Notes: generated by a model not told the origin, from the letters alone. 64,000 bases of DNA from Pseudovirgaria hyperparasitica (GCA_010093815.1 ML996565.1), one strand, 5' to 3'; positions 40,642 to 54,202 are shown, numbered from the stretch's first letter. Translations and numbers: made by a program.

Positions 40642-43615
40642 ATGGCGACTGGCCTGTTGGACTTGGAAAATGAATTGTCGTGTTCCGTGAGTCTCTCTCA
40701 TCGTCACCCCACTCCCGGCATCTAAGCAGGGTTCTTTCGCCGGAGGTCTCGCACAACGCCGCCTTGTACATGAAGTACTTGCTATTTCGTCACAGCGTAT
40801 ATACATATATATTACGAAACTCGGGGACTGACGGCGATTGCCCTAGATCTGTACCGATATCCTCTATCATCCGCTCACTCTGCTTGACTGCCTACACACT
40901 TTCTGTGGAGCATGTTTAAAAGAGTGGTTCGCCTTGCAGCGCTCTCAAAGTCCTGTAGCCTCAAACCCGTTTACCTGCCCATCATGTCGAGCACCAATAC
41001 GAGGTACCAAGCACAATGCCACGGTCAATACTCTCCTGGAGATGTACTCCCAGGCAAATCCAGAGAAAGGAAAGACGCCGCGTGAGAAGGAAGATCTAGA
41101 CAAAATTTATAAGCCTGGCGATGAAGTACTCCCAAAACCAAGGAGGAGAAGAGATGAAGGAGAGGATGAGGACAGGCGACTTTTGGAGGAGGTAAGGGGA
41201 TTAAGTCTGAGAGAAGTAGGCGTCTCTTCGAATAGCGTACAAGACCCCCGATCTAGTGATAGGCGCAGAAGAGAGCGAAGCAGGGACACTAGAGACAGAG
41301 AAGGTCGTTCACGCAGACCACACGACGTCGGTAGGATTGGTCATGAGAGTCTGTCGAGGGATGCAAACACACCTGTACGGCAAGTAGAGCACCAATCAAG
41401 CCTCCGTTCGCTTCTCTCAGTGTCTGAGATCGATTCGAGAGAGATCGAGGAAGAGATTATGCGTCAAATAGTTGAAGAGGGCCTGCTTGATGGTATCGAT
41501 CTGTCAAACATTGACGTTTCGCAAGAGGATGAAATTAGTGAGAGAATCGCGCAAGCCTACAGAAGGAGGCTAGAGGACAGACGGCGAGAACGACATCGCC
41601 AGCGGACTGTGACAGAGAGCCAAGCCAGGAGCTCAGAAATTGCGACCTCTTCTAGGACCGAAGAAGACCAAGTGACAAACAGAAGACAACGTGATCGAAC
41701 GGAGCTGCCAGGGGGAGCTTCTCGCACGGGGCCACCAGTATCAAGGCCACATCTTTTCGAGGCTGCAAATCAGCCCTCTGGACACCGTCGTCACCGACGG
41801 TCGTCAAGCCAAGATAGCAGTGTTAGGCCCTCGTCAAGACAGCGGTCGACGATGGGGCTACCTGCAAGCAATAACAATGCCGCCGCTCGTTCTGCCACTG
41901 ACCTATCTGAGCGACCATCGTCGTCGCGAGCGACTAATGGACAGAGACCCAGAAGACTATCACACAATGACAGGAGCGCGACCGAACCAGACCGCCAGGC
42001 TATTAGAGATCAGTGGAGAAACATAGGAGCAATCAGCGCTGTCGCCTCTAATCCCACGTCTACTCCAGCCTCACCTCAGAGAGCCGCGCTTCCAGTACCG
42101 TTGAGCCCGCAGGTGCAAAGTCCATCTATTGAAAGAACCAATGTGACTCCACCAACATCGAGACGTAACACAGACATAATGTCGACACGAGCTTCCAGGC
42201 CTGCAGAAATTAGGCCGAGTCCACGTGTTGGAACAGAGCCGGATCCACTTCCGTCTCCCAGAATAGGGGCGAGCGTCACTGTTCCGCCACGTTCTACTAA
42301 TTCTTCCCCTCAGACATGTCCCACGATGTATGCAGAACCGAACATTACTTGCAACCGGTGCGGCAAAGGCCATATAGAGTACGAACTACACTATAGTTGT
42401 CAGCTATGTGGAGGCGGCCATTACAACCTTTGTCTTCGCTGTTACAGATTAGGCCGAGGCTGTCTTCATTGGTACGGCTTCGGATACATTGCGAAGCATC
42501 GATACGAGCGACAGGCACCTCCAGCGGGCTACCCTCCAGGTCATGAGCAGCCGCATGTATTGATAGGCCATCGGTACAAGCGGCTTGGTTCTGAGGCCAC
42601 CCGAGTGTCGACTTCGGGCGACACGCGGCAGATCATGACGAACGAAGACCCAGCGAAACGCCTGGAAGCAGGAGTCTTCTGCAGTATATGCCAAGCATTC
42701 GCCAACACATGTTATTGGAAATGTGATATCTGCAACGAGGGCGAATGGGGCTTCTGCAACGCCTGCGTCAATCAAAGCAATCACTGTACTCATCCTCTCC
42801 TCCCTCTCACCCATAAATCCACAACAACTTCAAGAGCTCCTCCTAACGACCTATCTCCAACATCTCCAACATCTCCAACACGCCCCTTATCCCCCAAAAT
42901 TATCCCCAAATCCGCCTCCATTGTTCGTGGCCCCGCCACAGCCCTGTTCCCCCTCGCGAACACCCTTTTCCACCCTCTCACCTTCACCACAAAGTGCAAC
43001 ATCTGCTCCTACCCAATCCCGCCCTCCCACACCCGCTACCATTGCTCACGCTGCAATGGCGGTAATTTCGACATCTGCACTTCTTGCTATCATGCCCTCG
43101 TCAGCTCCTCCAACATCGCACCCGAGAACGGCCACCAGGGTTGGCGCCGCTGCCCATCTGGTCACCGCATGGTGATAATCGGCTTCGAAGACCGTAATGG
43201 TGGACAGCGGCGAATCGTCGAGAAAGACCTGGTCGGCGGGCTAGCGCTGAAGGATGAGGATGGCGATGACAGTCAGGCGGTACGCACGAGTGGGAGAAAC
43301 GCGAATGTGAGCGTGACGCCGAATTGGAGCTGGCGAGACACGGATGGGAGTGTGAAGAAGAGTCGCACGGCGCATGCGGATATAAACGTGCCCGGGACCG
43401 GCGTTGCCGGAATGAGGTTTCCGCCGGATGGGGGCATGGGCTTGAGAGTGCTTGCCCTGTGGGGTTATTATCCGCAGGAGGGGGTGAAGGATGAGCTGAT
43501 GTTTCCAAAGAATGCGGAGATCAGGGAGGCGGAGGACATTAACACAGATTGGTTCTGGGGTGTGTATGCGGGCAAGACTGGGTTGTTTCCGGGCGGGTAT
43601 GGGAGGATATTGTAG
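40642..43615 (+). CDS. RING-finger protein with ZZ-type zinc fingers and C-terminal SH3 domain (putative E3 ligase)
   Basis: Exon 1 is MATGLLDLENELSCS. After an intron (~40687-40846) comes ICTDILYHPLTLLDCLHTFCGACLKEW...CPSCR (C3HC4). Three CxxC...CxxC...C-x2-C ZZ-like units follow, then SH3 ALWGYYP...DELMFPK...DWFWG...GLFPGGY. Confidence 0.9.
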
Positions 43616-44373
43616 ATGATCTATAAGAATATCGCCCTTAAGAGGCTGTCATATGAACATACGGCCTTTTCGAGTCGAGAAGGCAATCTTCGAGACCACT
43701 GCTATATCGCCGTTAAGAAATCATGCAAAGCAAAAGTAGGACAATGACTCATGTGGTACCGATATTTACGACGCAATCGAGCCCATATTACACATACATA
43801 CTCAAACCCTGACACTTACAATTCCATCACACTACGTTATATTTTGCACACAAAACTCCCAACTTATCCAATCCCACAGCTTCAGATCCTCGGTTTACTT
43901 TACTTTTCCCGGACACGTTATTCCCAATCGCCTTGGCCGTAGGATGGCAGGATATAACTGATGTTCAGGTGGAGTGAAGGCCACATAAAAAATCCAGTTA
44001 AGGGGTTTGAAGTATAGGTGACCTACTGCCCCTATCTCCAAGTCAAGGACTGTTAGAATTGAGAGAGTAACCTGTCAAGCCACAACGCTAAAGTCTCAAG
44101 TCGATGTACCAAATATAAGTTATAGTAATGCTAAGGAGCAATATATACCAAATATCCGTAACATCATCTCTAAGCTTAGAAATCAGCCACCACCGCTCCG
44201 TTAATGACACCTAGTAACACTGAACAGAACCCAAATTTATACCTATGTACCAGCCACAATCTATGTTTGGTTAAGCAAAAGACAGCTTATCCCCTACCTT
44301 TCGACGTAGTTAGTATAGATACAGAATAGTTTCTGGTGTAGCTGATCCATTTTCTCGGTGCATATTTGTGTTT

Positions 44374-45160
44374 CTACCATCCATTATTAGCATTCTCCCA
44401 TACATCTTGATGCTTACACTTACCAATCGTCCGCGGGAACTTTCCAAGCTCACTACGAGTACTTTTGAGTTCATGCATACTCTGATGAGAAGTAAATAAG
44501 TTGTCCCTGTGAATATGACATGGACGAGCTGAGGTCCTGGTGAGGTAGCTAACCTGAGCTAGTATTTGTTGGATCTCATTTTTCCGATGCCGCAGCTCCA
44601 GTTCCATTCGTCTCTTTTCTTGTTGTATCTCCCTCCCCTGATCAATTATCTTCTTTCTGCCTGTCTGGACGTCTTGTTCGCGCTGCGCGACGGCTCGTTC
44701 ACGCTGGTCGAGACTGAGCGATGCGTCGGCGTTTTTCCCAGCGACAACAGTCCCTGTAATGACTATCAGCTTTGTCTTTGATCAACACATACTCATCACT
44801 ATCTACCAGAACTCTACGATAGCATAGATAACGTGCAGTGTGTGAGAAGGAGGGTATATCACACATACCGTCAGCCTGCTTGATGGGACACTTGCCGGGA
44901 TTGCCGGTGTGATAGTGAGCATACCAACATTCTTCGTCCGACTTGCCGCAGCCACCATGGTCCCAGTAGAAGCACGATACTGGGTGGCTGAAGTCTTTGG
45001 GTTTCCTCTGGGCGTGGTCTCGGTCGCGGTTGCTGAGGAATGAATCTTGCCTGCTGATCTGGTTCGTTGAAGGGGTCGTGGCTCGCTGGTGAAAGCTATG
45101 GTCCTGGTATCTTCCATGGTTGGAACTGGATGAAGATATCTTTGGAGCGTGTCGGGTCAT
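44374..45160 (-). CDS. Small CCCH zinc-finger protein with coiled-coil C-terminus (3' end uncertain)
   Basis: ATG 45160 and CFYWDHGGCGKSDEECWYAH. After an intron (~44868-44755) the frame reads LDQRERAVAQREQDV...MELELRHRKNEIQQILAQ. Confidence 0.65.
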
Positions 45161-46300
45161 GGTACTATATCTGAACAGAGATAGATGGTATGTGATGTAG
45201 TGCGATAAGCTCAAACAGGAATAAGGGGTTCGTATGGAAGATCAAAAAGACGCTGATTGAAAATGTTCAAAAGGATATGGTATAGTAGATGAGTTAATAG
45301 CATGTTATATATCTGAAAGCCTTGGCTTGTGCATTTGAGGCCCTTATTAATGCCTCCCAAAATTAACGACTCTAAAACAAGACAAGCGAAGCTGATACTA
45401 CCACGTAAGAGTGTAGAGAACGGGCCCAGATGAGATCATCGCGAACTACCAGCAGAGGGAAAGAACAACACGGCATTCTCCCGTGCCACAGTACTGATCT
45501 ATAGAATGTACAAAATCACGACTAACTTGACCTTCAGAGAGCCCATAAACCATGTGGAAAAATCCTTATAACGAGCCGAGCCTAATCCCAGCCATGGAAA
45601 GGGTCAGTACATCCGTTGTGGATACCATGCCGATGAAAGAACAATCTGGAAGACTGACAGATCGAACTCAACCTACATCTTCTAAGAACAGACTGACCTG
45701 GACGTTTCCATCAAGATTGCCAGAAGGCACATGAGAGCAAGTGACTTAGAATATGAATAAACACAAATGATCTGACAAAAAGACTACGTAGACCAATCCT
45801 ATGCTCTAAGTGGAAGCCATACCATAAACATGGGAGTGAAGTCGGCAGGAATAGAACCTGCCGCCGAGAAGAGCCTGGCAGGATTACGGTACAAACGGCC
45901 GTCAGAACTCAAACCTTTCGTATCGTGTACTATCAATGCCGCGAAGGGTGGGTGCTCTTTGACCTGTGTGATATGGAGAATATGGCTCTCTGGCTATATT
46001 TAGGTTCTTGTACCCACGTACAACCCAGTCTGTGTTTGATAGTTTTCCTGATCGAGACCAGACTGTGTGTCCAGTTTATCTTGTCAGTTTCTGTCAAGGA
46101 TCTGGTCCTGGAAAGATTGGGGAAGCTGAATGTTGCCAGACTTCAAAGACAGACGCATTTCGATCCCCAAGTCAGTCGCAGACACGTCTAGTCAAGCGAG
46201 AATTCGAGCGTGAGAAAGTAGAATCCATTGCATTACATTGACATGGAAGGGAAGGCAAGAAGTGTCTCTGAAGAAGACGGATAGTCACCGAAGTGTGAGA

Positions 46301-47109
46301 CTAGACGGATGGTAGCATATGTTTGCTTTTGAGAGCACCGCTAGTGGAAACGTGCCAAGCCTTATGAATCAGGACAAGCGTCCGATGGCTGGTGTTCGCC
46401 TTTTTGGCCTCAATATGAATATATAACACCTGCTGTGTCACAAGTCCGCTGATCTCCCTGTACACTCCAATTTCGTCACCAATCCATTCCCAACCGCATG
46501 TCTCGTCACTATCATGAACGTATCGGCAGTGCAGCTTCAATCTGTTCCGTTACCTGGCTCGGTAATAATTACTTTCCAAACCCGGCTGTTTCAAACGAAC
46601 CCCGCCGGGAAAAAGGCTGGGCTGACAGAACATGCAAGCCTTCAAATGGGTTCCCTCTGGTGCCATACATAACGCCTTGGCTAGTCGACGCAATCAGGCA
46701 AATCCGCGTATTCCGACCGGTTAGATTGACCCGCCTCTCTCACTGGGCCACCAAACCCTTGTCTTGACAATCTCTTGACAAGTAGCATACTGGCATGGCC
46801 GCATGAGAGGCACGCCGTAAGCAAACGTCTTACCCCTCGGACGAATCATCGCTGGAACAGTTTCCAACCAGAACCCGGCAAAAGAGCTGGGGAATGAGAT
46901 GGTGAGTATAACACGTCCTGGACACGAGACGAACCCTATGCCGGACTTGTAAGCACGGGATCGGGTCAAAGGAGGTCCTGAAACGACTTGCACCAGCTGA
47001 ATACCTTGTGGTTATCGTCTGGTTGTCGTCTGAAGCGGTATAGATTCTCTAGAATCCCGCCCTACCGATTGCCTGGGATGTCGGTGCATGGTAGGGCGAT
47101 CATGGCCAT
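46301..47109 (-). pseudogene. Possible decayed F-box-type gene
   Basis: ATG 47109 gives MAMIALPCTDIPGNR*GGILENL..., and a shifted frame gives HRVRLVSRTCYTHHLIPQLFCRV. Both are F-box-like by eye, with stops and a frameshift. Confidence 0.25.
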
Positions 47110-47563
47110 GAAACTGCTCTACTGTCTACCAGCCTAGAGTCTTTTGGGGATTGTGTCATGTTATATGCAGCATTGATGCTGTGATCCAGCTTCGCTCTCC
47201 CGTGTTGCACATCTATGGCCCGCGCTAGAAGTCATATATCTACGACTAGACGCATCTGTGCAGGGTTCTCCAAGATTCCCTCCGTTCTCAATTTGTTCCA
47301 ACAACACACATTTCCTATTATTGGTCCTCTTGCACACTAATTCAGTCAGCTCGGGTCTTAGAGCATTAACCCTCCGCATTACGCGTGGCTCAACTGCTAC
47401 ATGATCACTCTGATCAGCTATCCTGGCCAACTAAATAGATTGCAGCTCACTTACGCCACTGTGTGATACAGAAGGGAGCTTACGACTTGGTGCTACAAGT
47501 ACGTGCTGCAAAAATCGTTTAGTACCCAGACATTTTTGACACCTCTGACCACACATTGACAAT

Positions 47564-49481
47564 ATGTCCAGCAAGAGAGTCACCATGCCAGTGGCAGGAT
47601 TTGACCCAATGCTGATGACAGCCTCGGAACTACAGAAACTCCTTGAGGCACGCATTTTAAGAAGTGTTGAAATTGTGGATACCTACCTGGCTCAGATCGA
47701 AGCGCACAACCGCAGGGGCCGACAGCTCCGAGCTTTGATATCGGTCGCTCCTAAACACCACCTATTGGCGATTGCGCAGTATCTGGACAATGAGAGGAAC
47801 GAGGGCAGGATCCGTGGCCCTTTACATGGTATTCCAATTGTAGTCAAGGATAATATAATGACCGATCCTCGTCTCGGCATGGATACTACTGTCGGTTCCT
47901 ACGCCTTCGTAGGTGGACGTCCGAAAAAGAATGCTACTGTCGTGGAAAGACTTATTCGAAAAGGAATGATCATCATAGGAAAGGCCAACCTCACAGAGTT
48001 CTGTGGTCTAAAAACACCACAGATGCCCCCAGGCTGGTCAGCTGTGGGAGGTCAATGTCAATCGCCATATGTCTCACGCCATATCGCCAAGGGAAAGCTA
48101 AAATGGGAACTTTCCGCGCCTGGAGGCTCCTCTACTGGCTCCGCAGTGAGCGTTGCGGCCGGATTTAGCACTCTAGCAGTGGGAACCGACACTATAGGCT
48201 CTTTGATTACACCAGCGAATCGAGCATCTCTTTATGCCATGAAGCCAACACCCGGAAAGGTCCCAATGGATGGTATATTTTCTCTTAGCGGTACCTTTGA
48301 TAGTCCAGGGGGCATGGCTAAGTCTGCGACGGATCTTGTCAATCTCATGAACACTCTCGTGGCTCCAACTGAATGTGAGGTCGGGTCTCCTGCAGCTGGA
48401 ACATGCTACAAGATCAAAGAAGGCTGGGAGGGCCTCCATATTGGCTTCGCAGCGCCATCAATATGGAAGATGTGGCTGAAATCAAAACGCATAAATGCTG
48501 ATGCAGAGAGATATATGGTCCGTACCTCCACAATCACAGTGACAGGTGTGATCATCACCTAATACCATAGCAGAGACAACGATACGAAAGCATAATCGCC
48601 ACCCTCCATGAAGTCCACGCCTCCTTATCCTACCCAATCGAGCTTCCTCTCCCGGGCAGCCTCAGTCTCGACGGCCGTAACTCCTTCGAGCCCATCGTTT
48701 GTAAGTTCTACTCTCTCCCTCACATCCCTCCCCGTCACCTTACCAAGCCTGGCCCCCAGACCACGAATTCAAGGCCCGCCTCAACGACTTCCTCGCCTCC
48801 TTCACAACCACAAAAGTCCACTCTCTCGCCGAGATCATCAACTTCAACCTCGAACACCCCGAACTCACCCTCCCGCCCTCCTCCCCAAACCAAGACGACC
48901 TGCACGCCGCCCTCGAATCCACCCTCACCCAAGCCGACCTCGCCCAAGCCCGCGCAAACCTCAAATCCCTCGGTGGCGCCGCCGCCCTGGACAAGCTCTT
49001 CTCCTCGCTAGCCGTCGACATCATCGCCGCCCCAGGCGACAGCGCCCTCTGCAGCCTCGCCGCCGCCGCAGGCTACCCCATGGCCGTCGTGCCCCTCGGC
49101 GCGCTCAAGCTCAACGGCCAGCCCTTTGGCATCGCCCTCTGCGCACGCGCCCACGAGGAGGCCAAACTCGTACACTTCATGACGGCGTACGAGAGCACGT
49201 TTCCGGGCCGGCCGTTGCCGCTGCAGCTGGACAGCGTGCCAATGCTACGTGACGACAAGGAAATGTTACCGGATAAGCCGATTGTGGATCTGATCTTGCA
49301 CGAGTGGGATACAAGGCGGTTTAATTGTAGCGCGGATGCGTTGGCGGATTGGCTGAATAGGAGGTGGCGGAAGAGCGGGTATATGCTCAGTCCTGAGACA
49401 GTGTGTGAGGTGTTGAGGGGGAATGGGAGGGTTGCGTTTAGAGGGTTGGGAGATCAGGAGGAGGGCGCTTTTGCGAGGTAA
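47564..49481 (+). CDS. Amidase-signature family enzyme with extra C-terminal domain
   Basis: GPLHGIPIVVKDN (catalytic K), PGGSSTGSAV and GTDTIGS (nucleophile S). Introns at 48518-48573 and 48701-48759. AAAAGYP...GQPFG follows. Confidence 0.92.
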
Positions 49482-50204
49482 GGAGGTCTGACTGGACGGT
49501 GAGGTTGAGAGGGTAAAGGGGGAAAGGTCACGGGCATTTGACATCGCACGAGGATTGTATGGACTGTATCTCAGCTCGTCGATACATTTGTGGAAGACTA
49601 GACTCTGATACACTCATATATCTCGCTTGGATTCGTGTTGCTTTCATATCCATGACTCGAAGTTCCAATTTCCAAGAGTGAAAAGCATTGTGCAAGGTAG
49701 AGCGAGATTGCACGCATAATCTACCATAATCTTGTTGAACAGCCACGTTTGGGCAAAGGTGGATCAATTGCAAGGGAATGACGAATGACCATTAGCATCT
49801 TACCAAGCGTCCGAACAGCTCATGGAGCCAGCTCTTGGCATGTCCATGATAGCAAAGGTCTTCACTTACGTCGAATACCTGAACGAAGTTGAGATTCTCA
49901 TGACCCTACGACTTTGATCAAGTTAAAGAGCCATTATACGAGATGTGAAGGGTCCCGCCCTCCCATTCACCCTGCAGCCAGATCTGCAGTCCCCTACATA
50001 CGTACACACAAATAATCTGTTCCAAACCCACGCAGGGTATACTCCCTGCTATACAACCCAATGCAAGCAATCCAGACACTAGGCAAACCCCCCGCAGGGA
50101 TACTCTCCGCCGCTAGAAATGCAATGGCCGTATCGCCCAACAAACAGCCAAAGCCACGCAGTATCAAAACAGTAGGGTAAATAAAAGCCCGATTTGCAAT
50201 GCCG

Positions 50205-51278
50205 TTAGATCCACTTCTCCCTCCAACTTTCTTCCTCGCCTTCAAAATCGCTGCCGTAGCCCCACTCCTCTTCGTTTTCGTCATCCTCGCTTCCGGCGTC
50301 ACTCCCCTTCTTCTTCTTTGCCCAGTACTGGTATGCGCCCTCGCCCATCTCGTCGTCCTCGCTGAGCTCATCGTCTGGATAGTCCGCTCCGTGCCAGCCC
50401 TCTGCATTCTCGTCTTCTTCGTCGCTGGCAAATTCCTCGTCGCTACTTGGCATGTCCGCCTCCAGGTAGCTCTCCCACAGCTCCTCCTCGCTCTTCGATA
50501 TTATGAGATAGCCAGCATCTGAGGGAATTGGAGTATCAGCTGGCGCAGCGTGTCGAACGTACGTCTCAATGACGTACTCGGAGGAATCGTCCACGTCCAT
50601 GGCATCCTCTGAAGTGGTTGGGTTCTTGTGGGGCTCTGGATCCGCTAGAGAAGGGATTCGAATAGGGACGGGTTGAGGGCTGCTTGGTGCTTTGCGCGTG
50701 CGGTGTTTTGGGATTATGGGTTGGTATTTGAGAGGTCGTGGGCTAGGCGTGGGTGTCGTCAGCTTTGACGCGGCCGTAGAGGCTTCAGTTGCTATAACTT
50801 GGTCTGCCATGGCTTGTAGCGCGGCAACGGTAGCATCTGAGGGTGTAGTAGAGGATCTGGAACTGAGGCTTGCTATTGATGGGGTCTTCTGTATGCGCAT
50901 ATTTGGGCGCTTGAGTGGAGTGGAGGTTGCAGGTATGGTAACGCCGTCCTGTGTCGTAGTGATGGTAGGAATACCGCTTTGCTCTGATGTATTTGAGGCA
51001 TCGTTGGGGATTTCGATGAATGTTGCCAGGTCATCTCCAGCACGGCGTCTTTTGCGTGAGGTGGCTACGGTAGGGCGTGTGAGGTGGAATTGACGTGGTC
51101 CTGGCAGGACAACGGGTTTGATCTCCGTTTGCGAGTTTTGAGGATCTGCCAGGCGCTTAAAGACGTAAGGAACAGCTCTTGGTCGCTTGAAAGCTCTTTC
51201 CGGGTCGTAGTACAGTGCGTCCGGAGCTAGTTGGTCGCGCTTGCGCTTGATATAGATCTTTTGAGGCGCAGCGTCCAT
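50205..51278 (-). CDS. IWR1: RNA polymerase II nuclear import factor Iwr1
   Basis: N-terminal IYIKRKRD, EYVIETYVR and acidic DEEDENAEGWHGADYPDDE motif. Confidence 0.85.
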   Translation of the reverse strand: MDAAPQKIYIKRKRDQLAPDALYYDPERAFKRPRAVPYVFKRLADPQNSQTEIKPVVLPGPRQFHLTRPTVATSRKRRRAGDDLATFIEIPNDASNTSEQSGIPTITTTQDGVTIPATSTPLKRPNMRIQKTPSIASLSSRSSTTPSDATVAALQAMADQVIATEASTAASKLTTPTPSPRPLKYQPIIPKHRTRKAPSSPQPVPIRIPSLADPEPHKNPTTSEDAMDVDDSSEYVIETYVRHAAPADTPIPSDAGYLIISKSEEELWESYLEADMPSSDEEFASDEEDENAEGWHGADYPDDELSEDDEMGEGAYQYWAKKKKGSDAGSEDDENEEEWGYGSDFEGEEESWREKWI

Positions 51279-51794
51279 GGTAGAGTGTTTGGAGATTAGA
51301 GGTTATAGTGTTGTATGTGTATGTGTTATTGTGGTGTGGTGTGGTGGGAAAGATGTTCGAGAGTCAAAGTTTGAGGTGCTGGCGATGTTGTTTTGTTGAC
51401 GAACAATGCTCAAACTTGCGCTAGTCATTCCCGCGCCAGTCCATTGATTATTTGATAGTGTTGTGGGCTAATGTAGAACTAACCTAATTTTGAATGTATA
51501 TTCCATAGTCTACACCCTTCCACATAGCAAAGTCGTCTTTATCCTCACCTCTAGTCTGCTTGCCAAAAGAATACGAATCTAAGAACCAGAATATACTCAG
51601 ATAGTTCCAACTTTTTGATAGCTCGATCTTATCCATATCTAGTAGTCAGTCAAACCACGTAATTCATAATCAGTGCTGCAAACTGCATTCTATAAGCACA
51701 TAAAGCGCATTACTATTCTCTATTACATACGCAGTTCATGTAGTTCAAGACTCAAAAACTCCACTGTAAATGCACGAATCCCACGCCATAGCAT

Positions 51795-53225
51795 TTACAC
51801 TGCCGTAGAAACCAGGAAACTCGCAAAACTCCCAGCGGCAAGGCCAAAAACAAGTACAGTACTCATGAACGCCCCCGCCGCTTCTCGCTCATGCGTGTCC
51901 ACGTAGTCGACAAATACCATCATGCATTGGCTGCCAATGAAGCCGTTCGAGAAGCCAAACAGGATCTGTACGAGCAAGTAAAAAGTGTCACTGCTCACCA
52001 CCGCTCCTCGTCCACCGATATTGCAGAGCTGATACATTGGAATGAACACAACACGCGCTATGGCGAGCAAGAATAGGAGGCGTGGGTAAGCACCCAATGA
52101 AAGTCTCGGCAGCGAACAAGCTAGACGCCCGATCAAATCACCAGAATTCCAAAACAGAAGGGCAAGCGGTATGAAAGCCGAAGGCTGGAATATACGAAGT
52201 GAAGAATCGACTGGGCGGACAGAGAGGATCTGTTGGGTATAGACAGGAAAGAACATGCTCAAGGCGAATGTCAGAAATACTGCAGAGGCCAGCCAGAACA
52301 ACTTGCGGAATAGGAGCATCAACGGTATCTCCTCGCGCTCTACAAGCTGCGGAATGCTTTCTCCTGGATCGACCACAGCCATGGGTCGTTTTCGGCTTCC
52401 GTTTGTTCGGTGCCGAGCCATGAGGATGAAGAAGGCTATGAGGGTTAAGACTGATACGCCTGTCGCTGTCATGAAGTATGCGAATGCTGACTTTGATGAC
52501 TCTTGTGGTACATCATCTGCTTGGGGCCTCCTCTCGGGCACAGCCAGCACGGATACAATCTGAACGATACATGGCAACACGCCAGCAATTGCCTGTCCCG
52601 TCATATTGGCTTGCATGTATTCCTCACGTCCCAGGCCAGACATGTACGCGAAGATGCCATTCTGGAAGAAACCTGTAGCCATGCTGGACGCCCATATTGT
52701 GACCAGAATGAAGCCAAAGTATCCGCCTGCAGATATATTCAGGAATATGCGCGTTGATATTGCGAGGAAAGTGAATGTGACAACGTATATGAAGAGTGCG
52801 GTATTGATTCGTCTGGGATAGTTTGCCTTCGCCTGGAGTTTTGTCAGGACTGAGATTGTACCTAGGTTTGCGACAGTCGATACGGCAAGCTCTGAGGACT
52901 GGAAGCTTTGAAGGATGCTTTTGTTGGTCTGAAAGCGTCGTTGGAAGTAGGGACCGGCTGCTAGGAACATGTTCCTGCGACATTGTCAGTGACAGTGGCG
53001 TCTTCCTGAGCGACAAACCTACCACGACCACAGCATTGAAATACCAAGGAGCATGAATATACCATAATCCACCCATGAGAAGCGCATCAACTTTCTGTTC
53101 TCTCTTCCAACTTCGGTTTCCACGCTCTCCTCGCCTTCACCCTCACCGTTCCGGAGGGGCTCATAGTCGTCCCGATCTTCCCTGGACCCAACAAGCTCCT
53201 GGAGCCGCTCAAGTAAGCTGCTCAT
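51795..53225 (-). CDS. Equilibrative nucleoside transporter (Fun26-like)
   Basis: FMLLGISMLWSW|NMFL (intron 53022-52975), MTGQAIAGV, WNSGDLIGR, FGFSNGFIGS and GLAAGS, with many TM segments. Confidence 0.93.
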
Positions 53226-54138
53226 AATTATGTTTGCTCCAGCTTTTGGTCACACGTCGGTGGAATAGCGTGGAGCTCCGAGGCGCCTTCAGGCTTTGAG
53301 ATGACAGCGAAAATTCTTCGGGAGTATCACTGGTACAGTGTGCAGTGATGGGGTCGTGATGTCCGACAGGACCTAGCTGAATGAGGTTCGAAGTGTGTCA
53401 TGCTATTGTGCATTGCTGACTCCGACGTCCGGCGCATGTGCTGTTCACAAGATGCATTGCTCGAAGATCGACGTGACTAGCGTACCGTAGCTATCACGCT
53501 AGGGTTGTTGAGAACTAAATGAGAAGTACGGCTCCGGAGATTTCTTGATGCCTGAGGCAAAAAGTAATCTGATAATGATCGGGTCTCTTGGTCGGTTTTT
53601 TCCCATCGTCGCAAAAACTTGGAGGGCTAGAATAATAATAAGTAATACTTCCACTATGTTATACATGAAAGATATCTAATAAATTATATATAGGGATAGT
53701 TCAGACTTCGAATCTTAATCCTATCTATTCAGGATTTTATTAGTTTCGATATTGGACTATATGTTCGAGGTTCATACGAATATGGGGTCTTTGGGTTATG
53801 CGAGCGGATGTCAGTAGCGGACATCACACATAAACACTGACACACCTTGTCTCCAAGACCGTTCACTCTCTGTCAGTGCTTATTTTCGAGACCATGACTG
53901 CCACGAGAACGATATACAAGACACGCATAATCAATTTTTTCAATTTAAGGGTCAAAACTACTTAAGAGCTATCAGTCTGAACTAAACGCAAGACGACAAG
54001 CAGAACTTCAAGGTAGACATTCTGGAATGCAATTCAAAGAAGCAAGTACAACGTATAATTGTAGTTTTTGGTGCAGAATCCCAGATCAACAAGATCATGA
54101 TGCCCATCTAGGAGTTCCGCGTTTAGCTCTATTTGTAT

Positions 54139-54202
54139 TGATATTGGTTGTTTTGTTTTTGTGCTTTTCTTATTGTGATGATATTGGTTGTTTGTTTTTG
54201 TG
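54139..54202. repeat. Short direct duplication TGATATTGGTTGTTT(T)GTTTTTGTG, 40-bp period
   Basis: Copies at 54139-54163 and 54179-54202. Confidence 0.85.

Noticed and set aside
50199..50522. Hydrophobic 107-aa ORF resembling a membrane protein
   Set aside because: Antisense of the acidic GAN-codon tail of IWR1.
53620..53770. AT-rich patch as a RIP-degraded transposon
   Set aside because: Too short, with no terminal repeats or transposase remnants.
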